The position numbers were made by a program, and so were the translations under genes. A DNA stretch of 64,000 nucleotides from Myxococcales bacterium. Lineage in GTDB: Bacteria; Myxococcota_A; Polyangia; Polyangiales; DASUME01. The first letter of the stretch is position 1. Each line of letters starts with the position of its first letter. The notes under the pieces are model-generated. The model was given only the letters and a program-made list of their open reading frames with translations, did no database searches and was not told where the DNA came from. The stretch covers positions 4,736,001-4,800,000 of the forward strand of contig JASGJH010000001.1 in NCBI GenBank assembly GCA_047601445.1. Direction: 5' to 3'. Below, one piece after another: positions 10,260-21,309 of the stretch.

Positions 10260-10423
10260 GCCGCCTTCGTAGGCGATGCCACACGAGTTCGCAAAGTACG
10301 CATTGCGAGCGCATTTTTTCGCCCGGGCGGCTCCCCACAGCAACCGCCGTCAGCAGCCGCCGACCCGCGGTCGATCGGGAACTGCTGCACCGCGCCAAGC
10401 GGTTTGTGTAGGATAGCGCTGCC

Positions 10424-11437
10424 GTGAAGGAGCTCGGGTCCGCAGACGAACCTTGCTATGCAGCACGCCTGGCGTGGCCTTTCGTGCGCGTGCTCAAGCA
10501 GGATGGTCGTCTACCTCCGGGCGCCGTGAGTTGGCTCGAGCAGGCAGATGGCGACCAGCGAGTTCCAATCCGTGTCGTGCACCAGCTCCTCGAGGCCGCC
10601 GAGAAACTCACGCGTGACCCCGCGCTAGGCGTCAGGGCCGCCAAGGAGACGGCCCAAGCCGACGGCGGCGCGCTCTACTACGCCATGAGCACGGCCGAGA
10701 GCATGGGTGCACGGCTCACCGTGCTCAAGCGCTATGCCCGGCTGGTCAACGACACGCTCGAGGTCCACGTCGAGGAGCAGGGCGAGCGCGCGCTCGTGCG
10801 GGTGGGCAATCCCATCGTGCTGCCCAAGGTGGCACTCGACTTCCAGCTCTGCTCCATGGTCTGGCGACTACTCAGCGCGTGGCCCGACGACATGCCGGTC
10901 GACATCGACGTGTGGTTCCCTTACCCGGAGCCCGCACAGCTCGACGCCTACCGGGCCACCCTGCCCAATGTCCGTCTGCATTTTGGCGGGGACTTCTCGG
11001 GCTTCGTAGTCTCCAAGCAGCTGCTGGCTGCCCCGCAGCGAACCGCCGACCGCTCTCTGCACCAGATCGTGAGTCGGCATGCCGAGCACGAACTCGCGGC
11101 GCTCCCGCGCACCAAGAGCCTGGGCGAGCGCGTGCGCGAGCACCTGATCAACGATCTCGCGAGCGGTAACGCCAACGCCATCCGCATCGCAAAGAAGCTC
11201 GAGATGAGCCGGCGCACGCTCAACCGCCGACTCGAGCAGGAGCAGACCAGCTTCCGCATCCTGCTCGACGAGGTTCGCAAGCAGCTGGCCCTGCGCTACC
11301 TGAGTACGCGGGACCTCAGCATCCCGGACATCGCGCTGTTGACCGGCTTCTCCGAGGCCGCGGCGTTCCACCGAGCCTTCAAGCGCTGGACCGACCAGAC
11401 GCCCAGCGAATATCGCCGCGCCCATCGCGGACGCTGA
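10424..11437 (+). CDS. AraC family transcriptional regulator
   Basis: C-terminal MSRRTLNRRL, IALLTGFSEAAAFHRAFKRWTDQTPSEYR; N-terminal ligand-binding domain. Confidence 0.92.
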   Translation: MKELGSADEPCYAARLAWPFVRVLKQDGRLPPGAVSWLEQADGDQRVPIRVVHQLLEAAEKLTRDPALGVRAAKETAQADGGALYYAMSTAESMGARLTVLKRYARLVNDTLEVHVEEQGERALVRVGNPIVLPKVALDFQLCSMVWRLLSAWPDDMPVDIDVWFPYPEPAQLDAYRATLPNVRLHFGGDFSGFVVSKQLLAAPQRTADRSLHQIVSRHAEHELAALPRTKSLGERVREHLINDLASGNANAIRIAKKLEMSRRTLNRRLEQEQTSFRILLDEVRKQLALRYLSTRDLSIPDIALLTGFSEAAAFHRAFKRWTDQTPSEYRRAHRGR

Positions 11438-11463
11438 AACAGGCGGGCGCTCATCAGGCGCCC

Positions 11464-11506
11464 AAAAGGCAAAAGCCCGGAGCCTCTTGAGAGGTCCCGG
11501 GCCTTT
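11464..11506 (-). terminator. Intrinsic terminator (possibly bidirectional) between the araC and RRM genes
   Basis: Minus strand gcccgggacctc-tcaa-gaggctccgggc followed by ttttgccttttg. Confidence 0.75.
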
Positions 11507-11585
11507 AGCCAGTCGCACCGTCGCGCCTTTGGGGGCGCGCATCAAACGAACGCCGGAAGGCGTGTCTTAGGTGCGAGCCAAGGTC

Positions 11586-12014
<429 letters not shown>

Positions 12015-12304
12015 GTGTCTCTCAACTGTGTCCAGCGCGCTTAGTCACTCAAACCGTTTCCACTATCCAGCGCGCTGCCAGGATCGAGGACTGAGCAGAA
12101 CCCATGTTCCGCTTCCCACGCTACCGCCCAATTTCACAGATTGGTCGCGATCCCGAAGAACGAGAGGGCTTCGTCTCTAGTGCAGGAAATTGTGTCGTGA
12201 GTCCCAGCACTATGGGCCGGATGGAGCGCCGGGGCAAACCCCTGACGACTGCCCCCACCTGGGACCACCCCAAATACCCCCGAATGGGTACAAACCAAAA
12301 CGGC

Positions 12305-13981
<1,677 letters not shown>

Positions 13982-14145
13982 GGTGACCGCTAGCGTATAG
14001 GAGCGCGGCGGATTGTCGAATCACCCATGCTCTCTGCGGACCCAGCGCGCGGCGAGGGGTTCGGCGCTGAAAAGCACGTGAATCAAAACACTACGTGAGC
14101 GGAGCGAACCTCTCGGTGGGGTGCCGCACCGGCACAGAGTAAGGT

Positions 14146-16857
14146 TCAGTGCCCGAGACCGAAGAATTGCCGCGCGGAGTCCGCCTGGCGGGATCGAAAC
14201 GCCTCGCACAGCTTGGCCGATTCGAGGGCGAGCGCGAACTCGTGGGGCGCCCCGGGGATGCTCGCCGCGCGCGGCTCCAGGAAGGCGGCCTCACGCTCGA
14301 TGTCCGCGGCTTGGCAGGCGTTGGCCAACACCCCGAACACGTGCGGCTTCGCGTTGGAGTTGAGCTGTGCCACGAAGGCGTCGAAGTGGGCCGTGAGCCA
14401 GTCGAGGGCTTTGGCGTGCGTGCGGACCTGACCGGCCTGACCGTAGAGAGGCGCCAGGCGTTCGTTGGTTCGCAAGCGGGGGTCGAGGCTGAGATCGAGC
14501 ACGCGCGGGGTGTAGGCCGGGTCATCCAGGCCGGCGATGGCCGACATCAGACGCGAACGCTCCTGCGAGTCCTCGGAGGCCAACAGGCGCGCGATGGCCG
14601 GCTCGAGGAGCTTCTTGGGGTCCTCGCGCAGCGCCGCCGTGAGGGCTTCATCGCGCAGGTCGGTGGGCAACGTCCCCGGTGGCGCCGGAGTCACACCCAA
14701 CTCCGCACGCCCGAACTTGGCGAGGGGAGCGCTCACTGCGGGGTCGCGTGCGCTCAGTGCCAGGGCGCGCACCACCAGGGCGCGCTTGAGGCCGAGCTCC
14801 ACGTCGCTGCCGCCGTCGGTGGCGAAGAGGCCGAGCTCGCGATAGGCGGGACCGAGCAAGACGATCAACTTGGCGCGGTAAGCCGGCAGGGTCTTCTCAT
14901 CGAGTAGCTCGTGCTCCACCGTGGAGAGAGCCGACAGCACAGCCTCGAGCACGGGGCGCTCGGAGGAGCTGGCGAGACTGCTCAAGGCCGCCAGGCCCTG
15001 GTCGGCCGGTAGCGCACCCGCCTGCATGGCGGCCAGTACGTTCGAGGCGAAGGAGACTTGTTCCGCCAGCGTGAGCTGAGGCACGGCCGCGAGCAGGGAC
15101 TTCACGTCACCGGCGGACAAAGACCAACGGTAGTAGCCCTGGGCGCCCGCGTTGGGCATCACCCAGGCAGGACAAGTCGTGGCCTCGAGCGGCGTCGTGA
15201 GCTCGGCGTCCTTGAGCAGCACGCATTGCTCGCGCAGCTCGGCGCCAACCTGGTAGCGCACGCAGACCGGCAGCTCCCAGCGCTGGGCAGGAGAAGCCGT
15301 GGAACCCAGGGGTAGATAGCGAGCCTGGCTCAACGAGAGCTTGGGCTGCGCCGCTCCGCACTGCAGCGTGGCGGTCACCAGCGGGACACCCGGTTGCTCG
15401 AGGAACGAAAAGAAGGCCGACTTGAGCTCGGACTTTTCCGAGGCATCGGTGAGCGCCTGCACGAGATCGGACGCGGTGGCATTGCCGAAGCGATGGCGCT
15501 GCATATAGAGGCGCAGGCCCGCACGGAAGACCTCGGGGCCCAGGTAGCGCTCGAACATCGACAACACCGCGCCGCCTTTGGCGTAGGTAATTGAGTCGAA
15601 TGCACTCGAGATCTGGTCATCGCTCGAGATGGGCTGCCGGATCTGGCGCGCCGCCACCTGGCTATCGACATCCATGGCGTGCTGGGCCGACGCGAGTGCG
15701 CCGAGGGGCGCTCGGTATTGCGGGTACACCTCGTCGACGACGCGATTGCCCATCCAGGTAGCGAACGCTTCGTTGAGCCAGATGTCGTCCCACCACGGCA
15801 TGGTCACCAGGTTGCCGAACCACTGGTGCGCGAGTTCGTGCGCGTTGACGTAAGCCAAGAGCCTGCGCTGGTTCTCGGTGGCGTCGCTGGCGATCAGCAA
15901 GATGGTGTCGCGAAAGGTGATGGCCCCGGCGTTCTCCATGGCCCCGGCGCTGAAGTCGGGGACTGCGATCAAGTCGAGCTTGTCGTACGGGTAGGCGATG
16001 CCGAAGTACTTTTCGAGCGCCTCGAGCAGGGGCTTGGTCTCCGCGAGGGCATAGGCGAGCTCGCCGCCGCGCCCGCGCACGGCGACGCCACGCAGGGGCA
16101 GCGGGGTGGGACGCACCGCGCTCGCTGGGATGGCCGGGGCATTCACCACGTCGAAGGGGCCAGCTGCGAAGGCAACCAGGTACGTGGGCAGCCTTTCGGT
16201 GGGCGCGAAGTGCACCTCGCGCAGGCCGTCGGCCCCCGTGCTCGAGGAGACCTCGAGCGTGTTGGCGACGGCCACGTGGCTCGGCTCGACGCGCAGAGTG
16301 ACCTCGAAGGGCGTCTTGAAGCGTGGCTCGTCGAAGCACGGAAAGGCTTCCCGCGCTGCGATGGGCTCGAACTGCGTGAACAGGTAGGGCACCCCCGCGG
16401 CCTCGGCTCGGTAGAGACCCGACAGGCGTTTGCCCACGTCGGCCTCGAACTCGATTTCGATGCGCGCCACACCTGGGCCCACGGGAGTCGGCAGCCGCAG
16501 CGCCGTGAGTCCGCTCGGGCTCACGCTCTCGAGTGTGCCGGGCAACGGATCGACGCCCACACGGACCAGGCGCACCAGCGAGGCGCGGATGCCCTTTTGG
16601 TGGAGCCAGATGGTCTCGCGCGGTCGATCGAGCGCGATATCGATGGCGACCTTGCCACGGTAGATTGGGCGCGAGGGCACCATGTCGAGCGTGATTTGGT
16701 AGCGCAGCGGATGGGTGTCTACGGGCAAGCGCGTGGTGGGAGCTCCCTCCGCGTCGGCATCGGGCGCCGGAAGCGGCGCGTAGATGGGCGGCGTGAGATT
16801 GGCCGGCTTTCCACACGCAAAGAGCAGCGCACAACAGAGGACGATGAGGACTCGCAT
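14146..16857 (-). CDS. M1 family aminopeptidase, lipoprotein, ERAP1-like C-terminal domain
   Basis: LFAC lipobox, TQFEP..AREAFPCFDEP, GAMEN, HELAHQWFGN..WLNE. Confidence 0.94.
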   Translation of the reverse strand: MRVLIVLCCALLFACGKPANLTPPIYAPLPAPDADAEGAPTTRLPVDTHPLRYQITLDMVPSRPIYRGKVAIDIALDRPRETIWLHQKGIRASLVRLVRVGVDPLPGTLESVSPSGLTALRLPTPVGPGVARIEIEFEADVGKRLSGLYRAEAAGVPYLFTQFEPIAAREAFPCFDEPRFKTPFEVTLRVEPSHVAVANTLEVSSSTGADGLREVHFAPTERLPTYLVAFAAGPFDVVNAPAIPASAVRPTPLPLRGVAVRGRGGELAYALAETKPLLEALEKYFGIAYPYDKLDLIAVPDFSAGAMENAGAITFRDTILLIASDATENQRRLLAYVNAHELAHQWFGNLVTMPWWDDIWLNEAFATWMGNRVVDEVYPQYRAPLGALASAQHAMDVDSQVAARQIRQPISSDDQISSAFDSITYAKGGAVLSMFERYLGPEVFRAGLRLYMQRHRFGNATASDLVQALTDASEKSELKSAFFSFLEQPGVPLVTATLQCGAAQPKLSLSQARYLPLGSTASPAQRWELPVCVRYQVGAELREQCVLLKDAELTTPLEATTCPAWVMPNAGAQGYYRWSLSAGDVKSLLAAVPQLTLAEQVSFASNVLAAMQAGALPADQGLAALSSLASSSERPVLEAVLSALSTVEHELLDEKTLPAYRAKLIVLLGPAYRELGLFATDGGSDVELGLKRALVVRALALSARDPAVSAPLAKFGRAELGVTPAPPGTLPTDLRDEALTAALREDPKKLLEPAIARLLASEDSQERSRLMSAIAGLDDPAYTPRVLDLSLDPRLRTNERLAPLYGQAGQVRTHAKALDWLTAHFDAFVAQLNSNAKPHVFGVLANACQAADIEREAAFLEPRAASIPGAPHEFALALESAKLCEAFRSRQADSARQFFGLGH

Positions 16858-17009
16858 CACGGCGAACCCTACCATTCAGTTCCGTTGGCGGGGAGGGCAC
16901 GCTCCCTCCCTGCTCGATCGCGGCGAGGCCCGATGGGACCGACCCCACCGAGGTTCGCTTTGCTCGTCGGTCCTTCGACGTCGTCACGCCCCGTCGAGGC
17001 GTGCCCAGC

Positions 17010-18017
17010 TCAGGACTGGCCCGTGAAGAGCCGCAGCAGCGCGTAGCTAAGGCTGGCGACCGCCGCGGCAGCCGGGATGGTGAACACCCAAGCCCAAACG
17101 ATGCGTCCTGCCACACCCCAACGCACGGCGCTCAAGCTCCGCTCGGACCAGCCGACGCCCACGATGGAGCCTGTGATGGTGTGGGTGGTCGAGACCGGGA
17201 CCCCCATGAACACGGCCAGGGCCAGGGTGATGGCGCCGCTGGTCTCCGCGCAAAAGCCGCCCACGGGCTTGAGCTTGGTGATACGCATGCCCATGGTCTG
17301 CACGATGCGCCAGCCGCCCGAGAGCGTGCCGAGGCCCATCGCAGCGTGGCACAGGAGGACGACCCAAAGCAGGGGCTCCGGGTGATCGGACTTCTCCTGA
17401 ATGCCCGCTGTCATCAGGAGCAAGGTGATGATGCCCATGGTCTTCTGGGCGTCGTTGCCGCCGTGGCCGAGTGAGTAGAGTGCGGCGGATAGCAGCTGGC
17501 CTCGGCGGAAGAAGCGATCGACCTTGCCCGGACGCCAGCCGCCGAACATGAGGCGCACCACCTTGAACAGCAGGAAGCCGATGAACATGCCCATCGTCGG
17601 TGCGACGACGATGAAGAGCACCGTCTTGCCGAAGACCTTGGCGTCGAGGATGGAGAGGTCAGGCGTGTTGGTCAGGGCCGCGCCTGCGAAGCCGCCCATC
17701 AGCGCGTGCGAGGACGACGACGGCAGCCCCCACCACCAGGTCAGCAGGTTCCACAGGATGGCGCCCACCAAGGTGGCCAGAATCACGTTGTAGGTGACCG
17801 ATTCCATCGCCACGCCCTTGGCGATGGCCGAGGAGACGTGGGTCGGGAACACCAAAAAGGCCACGAAATTGAAGAATGCGGCCCACACCACGGCTGCCCG
17901 CGGCGACAGCACGCGGGTGGACACCACGGTCGCGATCGAATTGGCTGCGTCGTGGAAACCGTTGATGTAGTCGAAGACGAGCGCCGCGAAGATGATGATT
18001 AGGACCGTGGTCGTCAT
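17010..18017 (-). CDS. pit: Inorganic phosphate transporter (PiT family)
   Basis: NGFHDAANSIAT, GLPSSSSHAL, HGGNDAQK, PVSTTH. Confidence 0.94.
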   Translation of the reverse strand: MTTTVLIIIFAALVFDYINGFHDAANSIATVVSTRVLSPRAAVVWAAFFNFVAFLVFPTHVSSAIAKGVAMESVTYNVILATLVGAILWNLLTWWWGLPSSSSHALMGGFAGAALTNTPDLSILDAKVFGKTVLFIVVAPTMGMFIGFLLFKVVRLMFGGWRPGKVDRFFRRGQLLSAALYSLGHGGNDAQKTMGIITLLLMTAGIQEKSDHPEPLLWVVLLCHAAMGLGTLSGGWRIVQTMGMRITKLKPVGGFCAETSGAITLALAVFMGVPVSTTHTITGSIVGVGWSERSLSAVRWGVAGRIVWAWVFTIPAAAAVASLSYALLRLFTGQS

Positions 18018-18634
18018 CAACCGTGCTCCAACACGATCCCCTCGATGATGTTGGCGACGTCCTCCGCGCGATCGGTGGCCGTCTCCAGGGCGTCGTAGAT
18101 ATCTCGCCACTTCATGACTTCGAGCGGATCGGTGTGCTCGTTGAACAGGCGGGCGAGGCCACGACGGAACACGGCGTCCGCATCGTGCTCGTGGCGATTG
18201 ATCTGCCGGCACAGGTCGAGCAGCGGCTTCACGTCTTTCATGTTGTGAAGCAAGCCCATGGCGCGCTCGATCTCGGAGCACGCCAGGTGCAGGATCTTGG
18301 CCAGCTCGATGGCCTCGGTGCGGGTCGCGCTCAACTGGTAGAGCGTGAAGCGGTCGCTGGCCGAGTCGATCAGATCGAGCACGTCGTCGAGCCGCGAGAC
18401 CAAAGCGTGGATCTCCTCACGGTCGAGGGGGGTGATCCAGGTCTGATGCAATGCGAGCACCGTGTCGTGCGTAATGCGATCGCCTTCGTGCTCCAGGTCG
18501 GAGATCTGCTGCCCCAACGTCTGCGCACGCTCGGGGTGCTCCAGGATCTCCACCAGCAGCGCAGCGGCGCGGGTCGAGCACCCGGCGTGCCCCTTGAAAG
18601 CCGACCAAAACTCGTCGTCTCGTGTGAGCGCCAT
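18017..18634 (-). CDS. DUF47 / PhoU-like phosphate transport regulator
   Basis: LEHEGD, ITPLDREEI, EHDAD, LETATDRAEDVA; translationally coupled to pit; GAGGAG RBS. Confidence 0.92.
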   Translation of the reverse strand: MALTRDDEFWSAFKGHAGCSTRAAALLVEILEHPERAQTLGQQISDLEHEGDRITHDTVLALHQTWITPLDREEIHALVSRLDDVLDLIDSASDRFTLYQLSATRTEAIELAKILHLACSEIERAMGLLHNMKDVKPLLDLCRQINRHEHDADAVFRRGLARLFNEHTDPLEVMKWRDIYDALETATDRAEDVANIIEGIVLEHG

Positions 18635-18762
18635 GCCCAACTCCTCGTTTCGCGGCGCGAGGAAAGCCGAGGAAGGCGCTCGAGTCAAGCGGACGCAGGC
18701 CCGGGGCCGGACCATTGACCTACCCTCGTCGACAGGCAGCGATCACGAGCTACACCGCGGCC

Positions 18763-19299
18763 ATGTCACGCCTTGACGGCGCACTCGAGCCGAGTCCCCA
18801 CGCCCAGCAACGTGGGCGAGAGCTGAGCCTCACGCTGGGCCGTGGCTCGCCCCTGGTCCTGGCGCGCGCGGCGCGGCTCGGCATCTCCCCGGAACGACTC
18901 TTCGAGTTCATCGTGGATTTCGAGCGCCTGCCCGAATGGATGCCGATGATGAAGGCCTGCCAGGTCGACAATACGCATGCCCGTGAGCCGGGCGGCGTGG
19001 GGGCCGTGCGGGTCATCGATAGCGGGTTCGGTAAGCCCACCCGCGAGACCGTGGTGGCCCTGGAGCGTCCGAGCTTGTTGGCCTACAGCGCCGACGATGC
19101 CTCCTTGCGAGGCCTGTTTTCCCAGCACTTGGGCGTACTGATCAGCGAACCCCACCCGCTCGGAGGCGCCTGGTTGAGCTGGCTGAGCTACGCCAAGCCG
19201 GGCGCGGGCCCCCAGAAGTTCCTGGGTCCCGGTGTGTTCAAGTTGGTGGTCCAGCAGAGCCTTTCACGCCTGGGCGCACGCTTTCCGCTGGCGACCTAG
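18763..19299 (+). CDS. SRPBCC / polyketide-cyclase-like family protein
   Basis: PERLFEFIVDFERLPEWMP, GGVGAVR. Confidence 0.75.
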   Translation: MSRLDGALEPSPHAQQRGRELSLTLGRGSPLVLARAARLGISPERLFEFIVDFERLPEWMPMMKACQVDNTHAREPGGVGAVRVIDSGFGKPTRETVVALERPSLLAYSADDASLRGLFSQHLGVLISEPHPLGGAWLSWLSYAKPGAGPQKFLGPGVFKLVVQQSLSRLGARFPLAT

Positions 19300-19414
19300 C
19301 GCACCGTACCCAGCGCTTACCGGCCTTCTTGACCGGGCTTCCGTTTCTGGCCAGATTGCAGGCACATTTTCGCGAACCATCCAGTTCGCCCGTGCTCTCG
19401 AGCATCCTCCCATC

Positions 19415-19972
19415 GTGTCCTCTGCTCCCAACAAGACCGCTCGCCTGGCAATCGCCCTGTGCCTGATTGCGGGAGCCTTCGTGGTCACGAAGAGCCTGGG
19501 ACTCGAGCACTACTTCGAGACGGCGCAGCTACGCCAGATGGTCTCCCACGCGGGTCCCTGGGGCCCCTTGGCCTTCGTGATGGTGTTCGTTGGAGCCGTC
19601 GTGAGTCAGGTACCGGGTCTGGTCTTCGTGTTCGCGGCCCCGGCTTTGTTTCATTTGCCCGAAGCCTGGGTGCTCTGCTTCTTGGCCTCGAATATCGCGG
19701 TGATCCTCAACTTCGCGTTGGTGCGACGTCTGGGAGGTCAGCCCCTGGCCAGCATCCAGCAACCCTGGCTGCGCAAGCTCTTCGGCGCCCTGGATGCCCA
19801 TCCCATCCGCACCGTGGCCATCCTACGCACCATCACCGTGATGTTCCCGCCCGTCACCGGCGCCCTGGCCCTCACGCGCATCTCCGCGCGCGAGCACGCC
19901 GTAGGGTCCGCCATTGGCATGGTGCTTCCTCTCACGGCCATTCTGGTCGCTGCGGGTCTCCTTCTCTCGTAA
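19415..19972 (+). CDS. TVP38/TMEM64 (VTT/DedA) membrane protein; start approximate
   Basis: Hydrophobic; GPWGPLAF, VPG, FALVRRLG pattern. Confidence 0.75.
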   Translation: MSSAPNKTARLAIALCLIAGAFVVTKSLGLEHYFETAQLRQMVSHAGPWGPLAFVMVFVGAVVSQVPGLVFVFAAPALFHLPEAWVLCFLASNIAVILNFALVRRLGGQPLASIQQPWLRKLFGALDAHPIRTVAILRTITVMFPPVTGALALTRISAREHAVGSAIGMVLPLTAILVAAGLLLS

Positions 19973-20016
19973 GTCCTCTACGTCCTCCCTTCACGTCACG
20001 ACGGCCTCTCTGCCCC

Positions 20017-20165
20017 AGTGTTCCTTGGGGTCTGGGCCAGTGCTTCGGTGAGGCAGGCTTGTGGGGGCGCGCCTGGCGCTTTGTCGCGTCGGGCTGGCGG
20101 TGGGCTTTGGAGTCGCACAGGTCCGAGCGGCCGGCCCGCCTGTGAGGACGCGAGTTCAACAAAGC
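20017..20165 (+). repeat. ~150-bp dispersed repeat, copy 1 (inverted relative to 21050-21198)
   Basis: Co-linear match to the reverse complement of 21050-21198 (ggcaggcttgtgggggcg ... ccggcccgcctgtgaggacgc ... acaaagc). Confidence 0.85.
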
Positions 20166-20250
20166 GCTTGCCCGCGCAAGCAACGACCCCCCGCCCCCGC
20201 AGCGACGGCCCAGACAAGGACACATTGGAGCGAGTGGAGGAAGGCGAGAG

Positions 20251-20868
20251 TCAGGGAGCGAGGCGTTCAGCGAACGAGAGAGTAGCGTCGATGGCCTGCG
20301 CCAGATTTTGAGAGAAGGTGCGCCCCGAGGACTTGCGCGGCTCGAAGGAGTGGTCTCCGTCTTCGAGCCACTCCAGGGCGATGCCCATGGACAGTGTGTA
20401 GCCCGCCACGTCTTCACGTGATCCGAGTTGATCGCGGGTGCCCTGCACGACCAGGCATGGCGTGCGCAGGTGCTCGAGGTGTTCAGTGCGTGTTTGGGCC
20501 GGCTTCTTGGGCGGATGAAATGGGTAGCCGTAGGCCACCACACCGCGCACGCCGAGTGCGTCTGCCACGCGTGTCGCGACACGGCCTCCCATGCTCTTGC
20601 CGCCGATGATCCACTCGTGGGGCGGGCCGAGCGTGGCGAGGACTTCGGCGAAGGTGCGTTCGAGCACGGGCATGCGATCGGGGGCGCCGCGCTTCTCGCC
20701 TGTGCGGGCGCGCGCCATGTAGGGGAACTCGAAGCGCACCACGCGCACGCCGCGGGCTGCGAGGCTCTGGGCGAGCACGGCCATGAACTCCGAGTCCATG
20801 GGGGCGCCCGCGCCGTGGGCGAGCAGGAGGCGGGCATGGGCATCGACGGGACCGTCCTCGAGCAGCAT
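20251..20868 (-). CDS. Alpha/beta hydrolase (KANL3/Tex30-like)
   Basis: LAHGAGAPMDS, GGKSMGGR nucleophile elbow, GYPFHPP, QGTRD, DGDHSF. Confidence 0.9.
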   Translation of the reverse strand: MLLEDGPVDAHARLLLAHGAGAPMDSEFMAVLAQSLAARGVRVVRFEFPYMARARTGEKRGAPDRMPVLERTFAEVLATLGPPHEWIIGGKSMGGRVATRVADALGVRGVVAYGYPFHPPKKPAQTRTEHLEHLRTPCLVVQGTRDQLGSREDVAGYTLSMGIALEWLEDGDHSFEPRKSSGRTFSQNLAQAIDATLSFAERLAP

Positions 20869-21018
20869 CGTTCGAGCTTAGCCAGGCAAGCGTCAGGAGG
20901 CGATCGAGCGGCATCGAAGCGCGAGCCCCCGCTTTGCGTTCGTCCCAACCAACGCCATCGCTTCGCCAACGACGTCGGTCCGCCCCAGTTCGGTCTGCGA
21001 ACTGGGGTCGAGCGTAGC

Positions 21019-21198
21019 TGGGGCAGGTTTGTGGGGGCGCGCCGCCCGTGCTTTGTCGAACAAGCGTCCTCACAGGCGGGCCGGTCGCCCAGGCGTGCGC
21101 CACTCCAAGCCCCACCGCTACCCTGGCGCAACAAGGCGCAGGGCCCGCCCCCACAAGCCTGCCCCACCGGAGCACCGGCCCATACCCGGGAGAGCACT
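21019..21198 (-). repeat. ~150-bp dispersed repeat, copy 2, with 21-bp inverted arms
   Basis: tggggcaggtttgtgggggcg (21019-21039) pairs with cgcccccacaagcctgcccca (21146-21166), one mismatch. Confidence 0.85.
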
Positions 21199-21309
21199 AT
21201 GCGAGCTTACAGAACTTTGGCGAAGTTCGGGCGTCCATGGAGAGGCCTGGGTCGCTCGTACCGCGCGGGATTGCGCAGAGGGTCGAGCTTTGCCCGGCGG
21301 GAGGCATTC

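Noticed and set aside
20428..21309. Long N-terminal extension on the vWA protein (944 aa)
   Set aside because: It runs antisense through the hydrolase gene and the repeat; a start with RBS and lipoprotein signal lies at 21310
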